Source: Escherichia coli (GTDB taxonomy: Bacteria > Pseudomonadota > Gammaproteobacteria > Enterobacterales > Enterobacteriaceae). Taken from it: 64,000 nucleotides of DNA. The DNA is taken from NCBI RefSeq assembly GCF_041886205.1, contig NZ_CP169029.1; one strand, written 5' to 3'. Shown one piece after another: positions 13,285-25,876 of this stretch. The number at the start of each line of letters is the position of its first letter. The stretch's first letter is position 1. The notes beneath the pieces are model-generated. The model made no database searches. It was not told the origin of the DNA and worked only from the letters and a program-made list of their open reading frames with translations. The position numbers and the translations under genes were made by a program.

Positions 13285-14541
13285 CTAAACGTTATCGTGG
13301 GGTGGCTGTTGCTTCGGACGATTGACCATCATCATCGGCTTACCTGCTAATAACAGCCATGCCGGAAGCATGACGATACAGAGCAGCGGTAGCAATGTGG
13401 TATTGGGTACAACGACTGCCGCCATAAAAAGACTTAACCAGCCATCGCGTGTTACCACCAGCACGATGCCGAGAATAGCGCAAGAAACGGTTATTGCCGC
13501 TGGTACGGCGGGAACGTGCTCATGCAGCATCAACCCTAATGCCACGCCGACAAACACTGCCGGGAAGATTCGCCCACCGCGAAAGCCACTGGCGGCAGCA
13601 ACGACCAGGGCGGCAAGTTTAATTACCGCCAGCAAAAAGTAATCGCTGGTGCTGAAAGCCTGATTTGCCACCATCTGCTGCATCTCATCCAGCCCTTTAA
13701 ACAGCGAAACCGGCCCACCAATAACCCCCAGAATACCGAGAATAAATCCGCCAATACCCAGCACGAGCACCGGATTTTTCATTTGATGCATCATCGCGTG
13801 CAACCGTGGTAAGCACCATACGGCGACCATCCCTGCTGCGATGGCAATCGCCGCGACAATTGCACCGCTGAGAATATCGGTCATTTGCATCTGTCCGTAA
13901 TGCGCAATGGGCAGTGAAAAATGGGGATGGAAAAATAATCCGGTAGTTAGTGCACCAGCTGCTGCCGCCATTAACGGCGCAAAGAGACGATCCCATAGCG
14001 GAACTTCACTACTGCCATTTAAGGTTTGCGAAAATATCAACGCCGCCGCAACAGGAGTGCCAAACAGTGCGCCGATGGTTCCGGCAGAGGCTAAAATAGT
14101 CCACTCCATTCGGTTGATGCGCGGTAACAGACGAGCGCCAATGGCAACCGCAAGGGCGATATTGACGGTCATGATCGGATGTTCCGGCCCCAGGCTGACG
14201 CCGCCAGCAAGACCGAGAATTAATGCTACGATAAGTCCAGGTAGCGCAGAGGGCGGAACCGGTGCGCCGATCAGCGGTTCACAGGCGGGGTCTGGTCCGG
14301 CATGACCCTGGCTGAAACGGATAACCAACCCCACCGCAATACCCGTTAGCGTTAATACACCGATGATCCAGAGGGGTGAATCCTGGGCTATCCCCAGAGT
14401 TCCCGGCAGTCGTTGCCAGAGCAAATTCTGTAATACCGAGGCGATTTTCATCACCACAATCAGAATAAGACTGGACGCAATCCCAATTGCCACGGCGGGG
14501 AGCGATAATAACAACATGGTTCTGGCTCGCGGATGGAGCAT
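13285..14541 (-). CDS. yfeO: ClC-like putative ion channel/transporter YfeO (418 aa)
   Basis: 418-aa polytopic membrane protein with Gly-rich helices; size and position match yfeO. Confidence 0.88.
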   Translation of the reverse strand: MLHPRARTMLLLSLPAVAIGIASSLILIVVMKIASVLQNLLWQRLPGTLGIAQDSPLWIIGVLTLTGIAVGLVIRFSQGHAGPDPACEPLIGAPVPPSALPGLIVALILGLAGGVSLGPEHPIMTVNIALAVAIGARLLPRINRMEWTILASAGTIGALFGTPVAAALIFSQTLNGSSEVPLWDRLFAPLMAAAAGALTTGLFFHPHFSLPIAHYGQMQMTDILSGAIVAAIAIAAGMVAVWCLPRLHAMMHQMKNPVLVLGIGGFILGILGVIGGPVSLFKGLDEMQQMVANQAFSTSDYFLLAVIKLAALVVAAASGFRGGRIFPAVFVGVALGLMLHEHVPAVPAAITVSCAILGIVLVVTRDGWLSLFMAAVVVPNTTLLPLLCIVMLPAWLLLAGKPMMMVNRPKQQPPHDNV

Positions 14542-14744
14542 GTTCTATTCCTTATGCGGGGTCAGATACTTAGTTTGCCCAGCTTGCAAAAAGGCATCGC
14601 TGCAATTGGTGCTGAAACGATAAAGTAATTGTGTGACCCAGATCGATATTTACAGGGAGCCTGCCTTTCCGGCGTTGTTGTTATGCCCCCAGGTATTTAC
14701 AGTGTGAGAAAGAATTATTTTGACTTTAGCGGAGCAGTTGAAGA

Positions 14745-15710
14745 ATGACAAAGTATGCATTAGTCGGTGATGTGGGCGGCACCAACGCACGTCTTGCTCT
14801 GTGTGATATTGCCAGTGGTGAAATCTCGCAGGCTAAGACCTATTCAGGGCTTGATTACCCCAGCCTCGAAGCGGTCATTCGCGTTTATCTTGAAGAACAT
14901 AAGGTCGAGGTGAAAGACGGCTGTATTGCCATCGCTTGCCCAATTACCGGTGACTGGGTGGCGATGACCAACCATACCTGGGCGTTCTCAATTGCCGAAA
15001 TGAAAAAGAATCTCGGTTTTAGCCATCTGGAAATTATTAACGATTTTACCGCTGTATCGATGGCGATCCCGATGCTGAAAAAAGAGCATCTGATTCAGTT
15101 TGGTGGCGCAGAACCGGTCGAAGGTAAGCCTATTGCGGTTTACGGTGCCGGAACGGGGCTTGGGGTTGCGCATCTGGTCCATGTCGATAAGCGTTGGGTA
15201 AGCTTGCCAGGCGAAGGCGGTCACGTTGATTTTGCGCCGAATAGTGAAGAAGAGGCCATTATCCTCGAAATATTGCGTGCGGAAATTGGTCATGTTTCGG
15301 CGGAGCGCGTGCTTTCTGGCCCTGGGCTGGTGAATTTGTATCGCGCAATTGTGAAAGCTGACAACCGCCTGCCAGAAAATCTCAAGCCAAAAGATATTAC
15401 CGAACGCGCGCTGGCTGACAGCTGCACCGATTGCCGCCGCGCATTGTCGCTGTTTTGCGTCATTATGGGCCGTTTTGGCGGCAATCTGGCGCTCAATCTC
15501 GGGACATTTGGCGGCGTGTTTATTGCGGGCGGTATCGTGCCGCGCTTCCTTGAGTTCTTCAAAGCCTCCGGTTTCCGTGCCGCATTTGAAGATAAAGGGC
15601 GCTTTAAAGAATATGTCCATGATATTCCGGTGTATCTCATCGTCCATGACAATCCGGGCCTTCTCGGTTCCGGTGCACATTTACGCCAGACCTTAGGTCA
15701 CATTCTGTAA
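14745..15710 (+). CDS. glk: Glucokinase (321 aa)
   Basis: ROK/glucokinase N-terminal ATP-binding motif ([14 protein letters not shown]), 321 aa. Confidence 0.95.
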   Translation: MTKYALVGDVGGTNARLALCDIASGEISQAKTYSGLDYPSLEAVIRVYLEEHKVEVKDGCIAIACPITGDWVAMTNHTWAFSIAEMKKNLGFSHLEIINDFTAVSMAIPMLKKEHLIQFGGAEPVEGKPIAVYGAGTGLGVAHLVHVDKRWVSLPGEGGHVDFAPNSEEEAIILEILRAEIGHVSAERVLSGPGLVNLYRAIVKADNRLPENLKPKDITERALADSCTDCRRALSLFCVIMGRFGGNLALNLGTFGGVFIAGGIVPRFLEFFKASGFRAAFEDKGRFKEYVHDIPVYLIVHDNPGLLGSGAHLRQTLGHIL

Positions 15711-15928
15711 ATCCTTCCTTTTATATCGGGAGGTAACTCTCCCGATAATCTTTTAAATCATACAGTTTATTCAATTTTTCTTTGTGTCCCCTCACAAGGC
15801 CGACCTGCGTCACACTTCCGTACAGCGGGATTAATTCTCCAGTAAATGCATTATTTGTCTGGTAACGGCGATTTGTTTTGCACGTTCATAATTTCACTCG
15901 TCAACTATCACTGAACGAGGAATTAACG

Positions 15929-16255
15929 ATGAGTAAGAAACTGATTGCCTTATGTGCCTGCCCGATGGGCCTGGCTCACACCTTTATGGCCGCTCAGGCG
16001 CTGGAAGAAGCGGCGGTAGAAGCCGGTTATGAAGTGAAAATTGAAACCCAGGGCGCGGACGGTATCCAGAATCGCCTGACGGCGCAGGATATCGCCGAAG
16101 CGACCATCATCATCCACTCCGTGGCAGTAACCCCGGAAGATAACGAACGTTTCGAATCACGCGATGTTTATGAAATCACTTTGCAGGACGCAATTAAAAA
16201 CGCTGCGGGCATCATCAAAGAAATCGAAGAGATGATTGCCTCTGAACAACAGTAA
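15929..16255 (+). CDS. fryB: PTS fructose-like EIIB component (108 aa)
   Basis: PTS IIB fold with active-site Cys (LIALCACPMGLAHTFMAA); start taken at MSKK inside the track ORF. Confidence 0.85.
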   Translation: MSKKLIALCACPMGLAHTFMAAQALEEAAVEAGYEVKIETQGADGIQNRLTAQDIAEATIIIHSVAVTPEDNERFESRDVYEITLQDAIKNAAGIIKEIEEMIASEQQ

Positions 16256-16276
16256 TATTCGACAGGGATAATTGTT

Positions 16277-17524
16277 ATGGCCATTAAAAAACGCAGTGCA
16301 ACCGTTGTGCCAGGCGCATCCGGTGCGGCAGCGGCAGTTAAGAATCCGCAGGCCTCTAAAACCAGCTTCTGGGGTGAACTCCCGCAGCATGTGATGTCAG
16401 GGATTTCACGCATGGTGCCGACCTTAATTATGGGCGGTGTGATCCTCGCTTTCAGCCAGCTGATTGCTTATAGCTGGCTTAAAATTCCTGCTGATATCGG
16501 CATCATGGATGCTCTTAATAGCGGGAAATTCTCCGGTTTCGACCTCTCCTTACTGAAATTTGCCTGGTTGTCGCAGTCCTTCGGCGGCGTGTTGTTTGGT
16601 TTTGCCATTCCGATGTTTGCTGCTTTTGTGGCGAACTCTATCGGTGGCAAACTGGCGTTCCCGGCTGGTTTTATCGGCGGCTTGATGTCTACCCAGCCGA
16701 CGCAACTGCTGAACTTCGATCCCAGCACTATGCAATGGGCGACCTCTTCGCCGGTGCCGTCCACCTTTATTGGTGCGCTGATTATATCTATCGTTGCTGG
16801 TTACCTTGTGAAATGGATGAACCAGAAAATCCAGTTACCGGATTTCCTGTTAGCGTTCAAAACCACATTTTTGCTACCGATTCTTTCCGCCATTTTTGTC
16901 ATGCTGGCGATGTACTACGTCATCACCCCCTTTGGTGGCTGGATCAACGGCGGTATCCGTACTGTGCTGACTGCCGCAGGTGAGAAGGGCGCGCTGATGT
17001 ACGCAATGGGGATCGCCGCGGCGACAGCAATCGACCTTGGTGGCCCGATCAACAAAGCCGCAGGTTTCGTTGCCTTCAGCTTTACCACTGACCACGTATT
17101 ACCGGTCACCGCTCGTTCTATCGCTATTGTTATTCCGCCGATTGGTCTGGGTCTGGCGACCATTATCGACCGCCGTTTAACCGGCAAACGTCTGTTCAGT
17201 GCTCAGCTTTATCCGCAGGGTAAAACCGCTATGTTCCTGGCGTTTATGGGGATTAGTGAGGGTGCGATTCCGTTTGCACTGGAAAGCCCCATCACCGCCA
17301 TTCCGTCCTATATGGTTGGCGCGATTGTCGGCTCAACCGCAGCTGTCTGGCTGGGCGCAGTGCAATGGTTCCCGGAGTCCGCTATCTGGGCATGGCCACT
17401 GGTCACTAACCTCGGCGTCTACATGGCGGGGATCGCGCTGGGGGCAGTCATTACTGCGCTGATGGTGGTGTTCCTGCGTCTGATGATGTTCCGTAAAGGC
17501 AAATTGTTAATCGATAGCCTGTAA
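16277..17524 (+). CDS. fryC: PTS fructose-like EIIC permease (415 aa)
   Basis: Polytopic membrane protein, PTS IIC family, directly downstream of fryB. Confidence 0.9.
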   Translation: MAIKKRSATVVPGASGAAAAVKNPQASKTSFWGELPQHVMSGISRMVPTLIMGGVILAFSQLIAYSWLKIPADIGIMDALNSGKFSGFDLSLLKFAWLSQSFGGVLFGFAIPMFAAFVANSIGGKLAFPAGFIGGLMSTQPTQLLNFDPSTMQWATSSPVPSTFIGALIISIVAGYLVKWMNQKIQLPDFLLAFKTTFLLPILSAIFVMLAMYYVITPFGGWINGGIRTVLTAAGEKGALMYAMGIAAATAIDLGGPINKAAGFVAFSFTTDHVLPVTARSIAIVIPPIGLGLATIIDRRLTGKRLFSAQLYPQGKTAMFLAFMGISEGAIPFALESPITAIPSYMVGAIVGSTAAVWLGAVQWFPESAIWAWPLVTNLGVYMAGIALGAVITALMVVFLRLMMFRKGKLLIDSL

Positions 17525-17538
17525 GAAGGAAAATCCAG

Positions 17539-18624
17539 ATGACATTACTCGCTTCGCTGCGTGACTGGCTTAAGGCGCAACAACTGGATGCGGTGCTTCT
17601 CTCCTCACGGCAGAACAAACAGCCGCATCTGGGGATCTCCACCGGATCAGGCTATGTGCTGATTAGCCGTGAAAGTGCGCACATTCTGGTGGACTCGCGC
17701 TATTACGCGGATGTAGAAGCCCGCACGCAAGGTTACCAGCTGCATTTGCTTGACGCGACGCACACGCTTACAACCATCGCCAGGCAAATCATTGCCGATG
17801 AGCAGTTGCAAACGCTCGGTTTTGAAGGCCAGCAGGTGAGTTGGGAAATCGCGCACCGCTGGCAGTCTGAACTCAATGCGAAACTGGTTAGCGCCACGCC
17901 GGATGTGCTGCGGCAAATCAAAACGCCAGAGGAGGTGGAGAAAATCCGCCTTGCCTGTGGGATTGCCGATCGCGGTGCAGAGCATATTCGCCGCTTTATT
18001 CAGGCGGGGATGAGCGAGCGCGAGATAGCCGCTGAACTGGAGTGGTTTATGCGCCAGCAGGGCGCAGAAAAAGCCTCTTTTGACACCATTGTTGCCAGTG
18101 GCTGGCGTGGGGCGCTGCCGCACGGCAAAGCCAGCGACAAGATTGTTGCAGCGGGCGAGTTTGTCACTCTCGATTTCGGTGCGCTCTATCAGGGCTACTG
18201 CTCTGATATGACGCGCACCTTGCTGGTGAATGGCGAAGGGGTAAGTGCCGAATCTCACCCGCTGTTTAACGTCTATCAGATTGTTTTGCAGGCACAGCTC
18301 GCGGCAATCTCCGCGATTCGCCCCGGCGTGCGCTGCCAGCAGGTTGACGACGCCGCGCGCCGGGTTATTACCGAGACAGGTTTTAGCGACTATTTTGGTC
18401 ATAACACCGGTCATGCTATCGGCATTGAAGTCCATGAAGATCCGCGTTTTTCACCGCGGGACACCACGACGCTACAGCCAGGCATGTTACTGACCGTGGA
18501 GCCGGGGATTTATTTGCCAGGGCAGGGGGGCGTGCGCATCGAAGATGTTGTGCTGGTTACCCCGCAAGGCGCAGAAGTGCTCTACGCCATGCCGAAAACA
18601 GTGTTGCTCACGGGAGAGGCATAA
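17539..18624 (+). CDS. ypdF: M24-family Xaa-Pro aminopeptidase YpdF (361 aa)
   Basis: Pita-bread metallopeptidase motifs (…[13 protein letters not shown]…); in the fry operon. Confidence 0.9.
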   Translation: MTLLASLRDWLKAQQLDAVLLSSRQNKQPHLGISTGSGYVLISRESAHILVDSRYYADVEARTQGYQLHLLDATHTLTTIARQIIADEQLQTLGFEGQQVSWEIAHRWQSELNAKLVSATPDVLRQIKTPEEVEKIRLACGIADRGAEHIRRFIQAGMSEREIAAELEWFMRQQGAEKASFDTIVASGWRGALPHGKASDKIVAAGEFVTLDFGALYQGYCSDMTRTLLVNGEGVSAESHPLFNVYQIVLQAQLAAISAIRPGVRCQQVDDAARRVITETGFSDYFGHNTGHAIGIEVHEDPRFSPRDTTTLQPGMLLTVEPGIYLPGQGGVRIEDVVLVTPQGAEVLYAMPKTVLLTGEA

Positions 18625-19661
18625 TGGATTTATCGCTATTAAAAGCGTTGAGCGAGGCAGATGCGATCGCCTCCTCGGAACAGGAAGTGCGGCAGATCCT
18701 GCTGGAAGAAGCGGATCGCCTGCACAAAGAAGTGCGATTTGATGGTCTGGGATCGGTGCTGATCCGCCTCAATGAATCGACAGGTCCGAAAGTGATGATC
18801 TGTGCGCATATGGACGAAGTTGGATTTATGGTGCGCAGCATCTCCCGCGAAGGGGCAATTGATGTGCTGCCGGTTGGCAACGTGCGCATGGCTGCCCGCC
18901 AGCTGCAGCCTGTGCGCATCACCACCCGTGAAGAGTGCAAAATTCCCGGTCTGCTTGATGGCGACCGGCAGGGGAATGATGTCAGCGCCATGCGCGTGGA
19001 TATTGGCGCGCGCTCGTATGACGAAGTGATGCAGGCGGGAATCCGTCCAGGCGATCGCGTCACCTTTGATACTACTTTTCAGGTTCTCCCTCACCAGCGG
19101 GTGATAGGGAAAGCCTTTGATGATCGCCTCGGTTGCTATCTGCTGGTGACGTTACTACGTAAGCTGCACGACGCCGAACTGCCTGCGGAAGTGTGGCTGG
19201 TGGCCAGCTCCAGCGAAGAGGTGGGTTTACGCGGCGGGCAAACTGCCACCCGCGCGGTGTCGCCGGACGTCGCCATTGTGCTTGATACCGCCTGCTGGGC
19301 GAAAAACTTTGATTATGGCGCAGCTAACCATCGCCAGATTGGTAACGGGCCGATGCTGGTGTTAAGCGATAAATCGCTGATTGCGCCGCCAAAACTCACC
19401 GCGTGGATTGAAACCGTGGCGGCAGAAATTGGCGTGCCGTTGCAGGCGGATATGTTCAGCAACGGCGGCACGGACGGCGGAGCGGTGCACTTAACCGGTA
19501 CTGGCATACCAACAGTGGTAATGGGGCCTGCCACCCGCCACGGACATTGCGCCGCATCGATTGCCGATTGCCGTGACATTTTGCAGATGCAGCAACTTTT
19601 ATCTGCCCTTATTCAACGTCTTACGCGTGAGACGGTTGTTCAACTGACGGATTTCAGATGA
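18624..19661 (+). CDS. ypdE: M42-family aminopeptidase YpdE (345 aa)
   Basis: FrvX/M42 peptidase family; start overlaps the ypdF stop (ATAATG). Confidence 0.88.
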   Translation: MDLSLLKALSEADAIASSEQEVRQILLEEADRLHKEVRFDGLGSVLIRLNESTGPKVMICAHMDEVGFMVRSISREGAIDVLPVGNVRMAARQLQPVRITTREECKIPGLLDGDRQGNDVSAMRVDIGARSYDEVMQAGIRPGDRVTFDTTFQVLPHQRVIGKAFDDRLGCYLLVTLLRKLHDAELPAEVWLVASSSEEVGLRGGQTATRAVSPDVAIVLDTACWAKNFDYGAANHRQIGNGPMLVLSDKSLIAPPKLTAWIETVAAEIGVPLQADMFSNGGTDGGAVHLTGTGIPTVVMGPATRHGHCAASIADCRDILQMQQLLSALIQRLTRETVVQLTDFR

Positions 19662-19685
19662 TCTCCTGATTAACCCGGAGCGGTT

Positions 19686-22181
19686 ATGTTAACGATTCAA
19701 TTTCTCTGTCCTTTGCCTAACGGTCTACATGCTCGTCCGGCGTGGGAACTTAAAGAGCAGTGCAGCCAGTGGCAAAGCGAAATCACTTTTATTAACCATC
19801 GCCAGAACGCAAAGGCCGATGCCAAAAGCTCGCTGGCGCTGATTGGCACCGGCACCCTATTTAATGACAGTTGCAGCCTGAACATTAGCGGCAGCGATGA
19901 AGAGCAGGCGCGGCGCGTGCTGGAAGAGTATATCCAGGTGCGCTTTATCGACAGCGACAGCGTTCAGCCAACGCAGGCAGAACTGACGGCGCATCCGCTG
20001 CCGCGTTCATTAAGCCGCCTTAACCCGGATTTACTGTACGGCAACGTGCTGGCAAGCGGCGTCGGCGTGGGTACACTGACCCTGTTACAAAGCGACAGCC
20101 TCGACAGTTACCGGGCGATCCCGGCCAGTGCGCAAGACTCTACCCGTCTGGAGCACAGCCTGGCAACGCTTGCCGAGCAACTGAACCAGCAGTTGCGTGA
20201 GCGTGACGGCGAAAGCAAAACTATCCTCAGCGCCCATTTATCGCTGATTCAGGATGATGAGTTCGCGGGCAATATCCGTCGCCTGATGGCAGAACAGCAT
20301 CAGGGGCTGGGGGCGGCGATCATCAGCAATATGGAGCAGGTTTGCGACAAGCTTTCTGCCTCTGCCAGCGATTATCTGCGCGAACGTGTTAGCGACATTC
20401 GCGATATCAGCGAACAGTTGCTGCATATCACCTGGCCGGAACTGAAGCCGCGCAACAAGCTGGTGCTGGAAAAACCGACTATTCTGGTGGCCGAGGATTT
20501 AACCCCAAGCCAGTTTTTGAGCCTCGATTTAAAAAATCTTGCAGGCATGATTCTGGAGAAAACTGGGCGCACCTCGCATACCCTGATTCTGGCCCGTGCC
20601 TCGGCGATCCCGGTACTGAGCGGCCTGCCGCTGGATGCGATTGCCCGTTATGCCGGGCAACCGGCGGTGCTTGACGCCCAGTGCGGCGTGCTGGCGATTA
20701 ACCCGAATGACGCGGTGAGCGGTTATTATCAGGTTGCGCAGACGCTGGCGGATAAACGTCAGCAACAACAGGCGCAGGCCGCCGCGCAGCTGGCCTATTC
20801 CCGTGATAACAAGCGCATTGATATCGCAGCGAATATCGGCACCGCTCTGGAAGCACCAGGCGCGTTTGCCAACGGCGCGGAAGGCGTCGGGCTGTTCCGT
20901 ACCGAAATGCTCTATATGGATCGCGAAAGCGCGCCGGACGAGCAGGAGCAATTTGAAGCCTACCAGCAGGTGCTACTGGCAGCGGGCGACAAGCCGATTA
21001 TCTTCCGCACAATGGACATCGGAGGCGATAAAAGCATTCCTTATCTGAATATTCCCCAGGAAGAGAACCCGTTCCTCGGCTATCGCGCGGTACGTATTTA
21101 CCCGGAATTTGCTGGCCTGTTCCGCACTCAACTGCGGGCCATTTTGCGCGCCGCCAGTTTCGGCAACGCCCAGTTGATGATCCCGATGGTCCACAGCCTC
21201 GATCAGATCTTATGGGTGAAGGGCGAGATCCAAAAAGCGATCGTTGAGCTTAAGCGCGATGGCCTGCGTCATGCAGAGACGATTACTCTGGGTATCATGG
21301 TGGAAGTGCCGTCGGTGTGCTACATCATCGACCACTTCTGCGATGAGGTCGATTTCTTCAGTATCGGTTCTAACGACATGACCCAGTATCTGTATGCGGT
21401 CGATCGTAATAACCCGCGCGTATCGCCGCTATATAACCCGATTACGCCATCGTTCCTGCGCATGTTGCAGCAGATTGTTACCACTGCGCATCAGCGGGGC
21501 AAATGGGTAGGCATTTGCGGTGAACTGGGCGGTGAAAGCCGTTATCTGCCGCTACTGCTTGGGCTGGGCCTGGATGAGCTGAGTATGAGTAGCCCGCGCA
21601 TTCCGGCAGTGAAAAGCCAGCTTCGTCAACTGGATAGCGAGGCGTGTCGGGAACTGGCGCGTCAGGCATGTGAATGCCGCAGTGCGCAGGAAATTGAAGC
21701 GTTACTCACCGCCTTTACGCCGGAAGAAGACGTTCGCCCACTGCTGGCGCTGGAGAATATCTTTGTTGATCAGGATTTTAGCAATAAAGAGCAGGCGATC
21801 CAGTTCCTGTGCGGCAACCTCGGAGTTAACGGGCGTACTGAACATCCGTTTGAGCTGGAAGAAGATGTCTGGCAGCGGGAAGAGATTGTCACTACCGGCG
21901 TTGGTTTTGGCGTGGCGATCCCGCACACCAAATCTCAGTGGATCCGTCATTCCAGTATCAGCATTGCCCGGCTGGTGAAACCGGTTGACTGGCAGTCAGA
22001 GATGGGCGAAGTCGAACTGGTGATCATGCTGACGTTGGGTGCTAACGAAGGGATGAACCATGTGAAAGTCTTCTCGCAGCTGGCGCGTAAACTGGTGAAT
22101 AAACACTTCCGCCAGTCGTTGTTTGCCGCGCAAGATGCACAAAGCATCCTGACGCTGCTGGAAACGGAATTAACCTTCTGA
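19686..22181 (+). CDS. fryA: PTS multiphosphoryl transfer protein FryA (HPr-like / enzyme I / EIIA fusion, 831 aa)
   Basis: N-terminal HPr-like segment (…NGLHARPAWEL…), central PEP-utilising enzyme I region, C-terminal fructose-type EIIA region. Confidence 0.9.
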   Translation: MLTIQFLCPLPNGLHARPAWELKEQCSQWQSEITFINHRQNAKADAKSSLALIGTGTLFNDSCSLNISGSDEEQARRVLEEYIQVRFIDSDSVQPTQAELTAHPLPRSLSRLNPDLLYGNVLASGVGVGTLTLLQSDSLDSYRAIPASAQDSTRLEHSLATLAEQLNQQLRERDGESKTILSAHLSLIQDDEFAGNIRRLMAEQHQGLGAAIISNMEQVCDKLSASASDYLRERVSDIRDISEQLLHITWPELKPRNKLVLEKPTILVAEDLTPSQFLSLDLKNLAGMILEKTGRTSHTLILARASAIPVLSGLPLDAIARYAGQPAVLDAQCGVLAINPNDAVSGYYQVAQTLADKRQQQQAQAAAQLAYSRDNKRIDIAANIGTALEAPGAFANGAEGVGLFRTEMLYMDRESAPDEQEQFEAYQQVLLAAGDKPIIFRTMDIGGDKSIPYLNIPQEENPFLGYRAVRIYPEFAGLFRTQLRAILRAASFGNAQLMIPMVHSLDQILWVKGEIQKAIVELKRDGLRHAETITLGIMVEVPSVCYIIDHFCDEVDFFSIGSNDMTQYLYAVDRNNPRVSPLYNPITPSFLRMLQQIVTTAHQRGKWVGICGELGGESRYLPLLLGLGLDELSMSSPRIPAVKSQLRQLDSEACRELARQACECRSAQEIEALLTAFTPEEDVRPLLALENIFVDQDFSNKEQAIQFLCGNLGVNGRTEHPFELEEDVWQREEIVTTGVGFGVAIPHTKSQWIRHSSISIARLVKPVDWQSEMGEVELVIMLTLGANEGMNHVKVFSQLARKLVNKHFRQSLFAAQDAQSILTLLETELTF

Positions 22182-22183
22182 CG

Positions 22184-23041
22184 TTAGCCCTGAAAACGGG
22201 CGCTGTACTCTCCCGGCGTCAGACCAAACTGACGCCGGAAAACGCGACAAAAATAGTCGCTGTCCGGAAAGCCGCAACGCTGCGCCACTTCATGAATTGA
22301 CAGATGATATTTCTGCAAAATCATCCTCGCCTTCGCCATTCGCACCCAACGCACATACTCGATAAAACGCATCGTTCCATGCTGAGCAAACAGTTTTGAC
22401 AGATGATTGGGCGTGATATTAAAAAACTGTGCCACGCTCTCGCGGGTGAGCGGCTGGGCATAATTATCCTGAACCCAGTTACAAATGCTGTGATAAAGAA
22501 AATCGCCGCGCGGCTGCGAATTACCCGGCGGCATATTCACCACGTTGCGGCAAAGATGCAGCAAACTTAATACCAGCGGCTGAATGATATTCTGCTCCAG
22601 CGGCGAACGGCTAAGATGGGTGAGGGCAGTAAGCATTGCTTCACCTTCGCCGCGTTGCAGGCTGGGAAGTTGGATCTGGCGAGCAGGATGCAACAACGAC
22701 GTGGTGCGGCTATCGTAAAACGATAACCCAAGCCAGGTCGGTGCGAACACCAGACTTAACAGCATCACCGGTTTGTTGTTGATCGGTAAATTAGCCGCGC
22801 GTGCCGGAATAAACAGCATTTCTCCTTCCACCATTCGCTGCTGCTTTGCTTCCAGCAGGTTGCCGTATTCGCCGCGTAGCACGATATCCAGACGGGGAAA
22901 ATCAATACATAAACTGCCCACCGGTAATGAGGCAGGCTGGCTGGCAAACCAGACGCGCCCCAGTAGTTGCGGGTTAAGCACCAGGCCGCTGAACAGATCG
23001 GCGAAAAATTGTTGATCGGCGGGCAAGCCTGGTGCTTTCAT
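22184..23041 (-). CDS. ypdC: AraC-family transcriptional regulator YpdC (285 aa)
   Basis: C-terminal AraC-type HTH (…HLSIHEVAQRCGFPDSDYFCRVFRRQFGLTPGEY…). Confidence 0.86.
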   Translation of the reverse strand: MKAPGLPADQQFFADLFSGLVLNPQLLGRVWFASQPASLPVGSLCIDFPRLDIVLRGEYGNLLEAKQQRMVEGEMLFIPARAANLPINNKPVMLLSLVFAPTWLGLSFYDSRTTSLLHPARQIQLPSLQRGEGEAMLTALTHLSRSPLEQNIIQPLVLSLLHLCRNVVNMPPGNSQPRGDFLYHSICNWVQDNYAQPLTRESVAQFFNITPNHLSKLFAQHGTMRFIEYVRWVRMAKARMILQKYHLSIHEVAQRCGFPDSDYFCRVFRRQFGLTPGEYSARFQG

Positions 23042-23053
23042 GAAAGTTCCCGA

Positions 23054-23788
23054 TTAAAGATGCATTAACTGGCGGAATTCTTTAACTTTGCTGCGGCTGA
23101 CTGGCACTTCAAAATCCAGATCTTTCAGCCGCAGAATATAGGTGTTATTAAACCACGGTTCGATTTCGCGGATTTTGTTCAGATTGACACAAAATGAGCG
23201 ATGGCAGCGGAAAAAATGCGACGGCGGCAGCTTGCTGCAAAACTCGGTAATGTTCATCGGCATTACGTAGGATTCACGCCGCGTATAAACAAAGGTCATT
23301 TTCTCGTGCGCTTCGGCGTAATAGATATCGTTAATTGGCGTGACGATGATTCGCTCATCTTTCACCAGATTAATGGTGTCATTCTCACGCGTTACCGTCG
23401 CGGCAGGCGTACTGCTGGTCTGCTGTTGTTGCCAGGCCGCTTCCAGTTTTTGCAGCATCCCGGTAATGCGTGACTCCTGATACGGTTTGAGAATGTAGTC
23501 AAACGCCTCCAGTTCAAAAGCTTCCACCGCATGTTCTTTCCACGCGGTGATGAACACAATAAACGGTTTATGGGCGAACTGGCTGATGTTTTGCGCCAGC
23601 AACACACCATCCAGCGACGGAATATTGATATCCAGAAAAATGGCGTCGACGCGGTTATGCTGCAAAAACTTCAACACGTCCAGACCGTCGTCAAAGGTGC
23701 CGACAATCTCCATCTGGCTGTGCTCTTTAATTAGCCAGCTCAGTTCCTGTTGTGCCAGGAATTCGTCTTCAACAATGATGACTTTCAC
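23054..23788 (-). CDS. ypdB: LytTR-family response regulator YpdB (244 aa)
   Basis: REC domain (KVIIVEDEFLAQ… D…IFLDINIP) plus C-terminal LytTR DNA-binding domain. Track ORF extends to 23806; K-12-length form starts at the in-frame GTG at 23788. Confidence 0.88.
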   Translation of the reverse strand: MKVIIVEDEFLAQQELSWLIKEHSQMEIVGTFDDGLDVLKFLQHNRVDAIFLDINIPSLDGVLLAQNISQFAHKPFIVFITAWKEHAVEAFELEAFDYILKPYQESRITGMLQKLEAAWQQQQTSSTPAATVTRENDTINLVKDERIIVTPINDIYYAEAHEKMTFVYTRRESYVMPMNITEFCSKLPPSHFFRCHRSFCVNLNKIREIEPWFNNTYILRLKDLDFEVPVSRSKVKEFRQLMHL

Positions 23789-23802
23789 AATATCACTCCG
23801 GC

Positions 23803-25500
23803 TCAAAGCAATAACGTAGCCTGTGAGGCGACTGGGGTGCGTTGGTTAGGAATGTAAAACGCAATTTCCGTTCCTGGTTCCAGGCGGCGGATATGCAGCC
23901 CCTCGCCATACAATAACTTCACGCGATGATGGACATTCAGCAGGCCAATTTTATTGCCCGGCATTTCATTCGCTTCGACCCGCTCAATCACCTTTGGATC
24001 GATGCCGTGCCCGGTATCTCGCACCGCAATGCGTACCCGATTACCGCACTCTGCAACGCTGATGGTGACAACGCCTTTACCTTTACAAGGCTGAATACCG
24101 TGGACAATGGCGTTCTCCACCAACGGCTGGATCAGCAGGCTGGGAATGCAGCAATTCACCTCTTCATCAATATCATAGATAACCGTCAGCTTGTCGCCAA
24201 AGCGGGCCTGCTCAATGGCAATATAGTCTTTAATTTGATACAGCTCTTTTTTGATATCGATTTGCTCATCGTCTTTTAATTCAATGTTATAGCGCAGATA
24301 ACGCGACAGATTAAAGATCAGCTGGCGAGCGGTATCCGGATTCAGACGGATCGACGATGAAATAGCGTTCAGAGCGTTAAACAGAAAATGGGGATTAATT
24401 TTGCTTTGCAGGGCGCGAAGCTCTGCCTTATTTGCCATTTCACGTAGCTGCTCGGCGCGTGAAACCTCCAGTTGCGTGGAGATGATTTGCGACAGACCGA
24501 CCGCCATTTCCTGTAATGACGAGGTTATCTGATGTGCGTGGCAGTAGTAAATTTTCAGCGTTCCGGTCACGACCCCTTTCTCCCACAATGGGATCACCAG
24601 CATGGAATGAATCTCTGGTGTGCGGTGGGCTTCATCATTGTTTTTAATGATGATTTTTCCGTAATTCATCGCCTGACGGGTAGTCGGGCTAATGAAGTCA
24701 TCGCCATTCTGATAGTTATGTTCACCCACGCCAACATAGGCCAGCACATGATCGGTATTGGTAATCGCCACCGCATCGGCGTGAATGTCATCGCGAATAA
24801 TTTCACAAACTTTGCGTAATGACTCGCTATTGACATGGCGAAACAGAGGTAGCGTTTTGTTGGCGATATCCAGCGCCAGCTTGGCCTGCCGCGCGGCGCT
24901 GGCCTCTTTTTCGCCCTCAACGCTTTGTACCAGCAACACAATAAAGCCGATACAGACGCTGCCGAGGATCATTGGAATGCCGATTTTAGAGACGATATCG
25001 ATCCCCAACGCGGTAGTTGGTGCCCAGACAATCACCAGAATCATGGTCAACGTTTCGCACAACATGCCGCCGAGAATACCGACGCGCCAGCGCTGCGCTT
25101 TGGGGATTTTCAGGTTGATCCAGCCCGATATACAACCCGCCAGAATGCTGGTGATAAAGCAGGGGATCGCCGTCACGCCGCCGATATCAATTAAATAACG
25201 GTGAATACCCGCAATCACGCCGGTAATGATGCCCACCCACGGGCCAAACAGAATCCCGCCTGACATCACCGCGATAATACGAACGTTCACCAGCGAGCCT
25301 TCTACGGGAACGCCGGACCAGGTGCTGAACAGGGCAAACAGCGAGAAAATGGCGGTAACGGCGAGCAGCTCTTTCGGTGAGTGTGCCGACTTGTGCAACA
25401 GTTCGCGAAACAGGCGGATACGGATGAGAAAGAACAGGCAGATAAGCATTAACGCTGCCCGATCGAAGACCGCCAGCAGCATGTTGAATATTTCGTGCAC
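23803..25500 (-). CDS. ypdA: Sensor histidine kinase YpdA (LytS-type, 565 aa)
   Basis: N-terminal 5TM LytS-like region, GAF-like central part, C-terminal His kinase/ATPase (…VRDTGHGI…); partner of ypdB. Confidence 0.9.
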
Positions 25501-25876
25501 GGGTGACTCTGAATAAGGATTAAACCTCTATGATAGGTAACCTGAAGGCTGATGACCAGCAGGCCGTTTTTGAGGAAAAACCACAATTTTAAAAGGGGAT
25601 TGAAAGATAAATGGTGTATTAGCAATGCATCTCTTGATAATGCCCATCTGGTTGGTAAATTTATTGAAATTATAATGTTAATAAAATGAGTGGTTATTTT
25701 CTTGTTGTCGTAGATAAATTTCCTGTTTTTAAAGTGGAGTTCCTCATTTAAAGCCATTGATAAAAATGTTCTAAAACGCTGGACAGACAGAAATTAATCA
25801 GGCTATTTTCAAAACAGCCACCATCGTGGCAGCGTCGCTCGGACGGTCCGGGCGCTAACGTTAATCTGAGGAAATT

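Noticed and set aside
14988..15680. 230-aa ORF antisense to glk
   Set aside because: Antisense shadow ORF inside glk.
17647..18435. 262-aa ORF antisense to ypdF
   Set aside because: Antisense shadow ORF inside ypdF.
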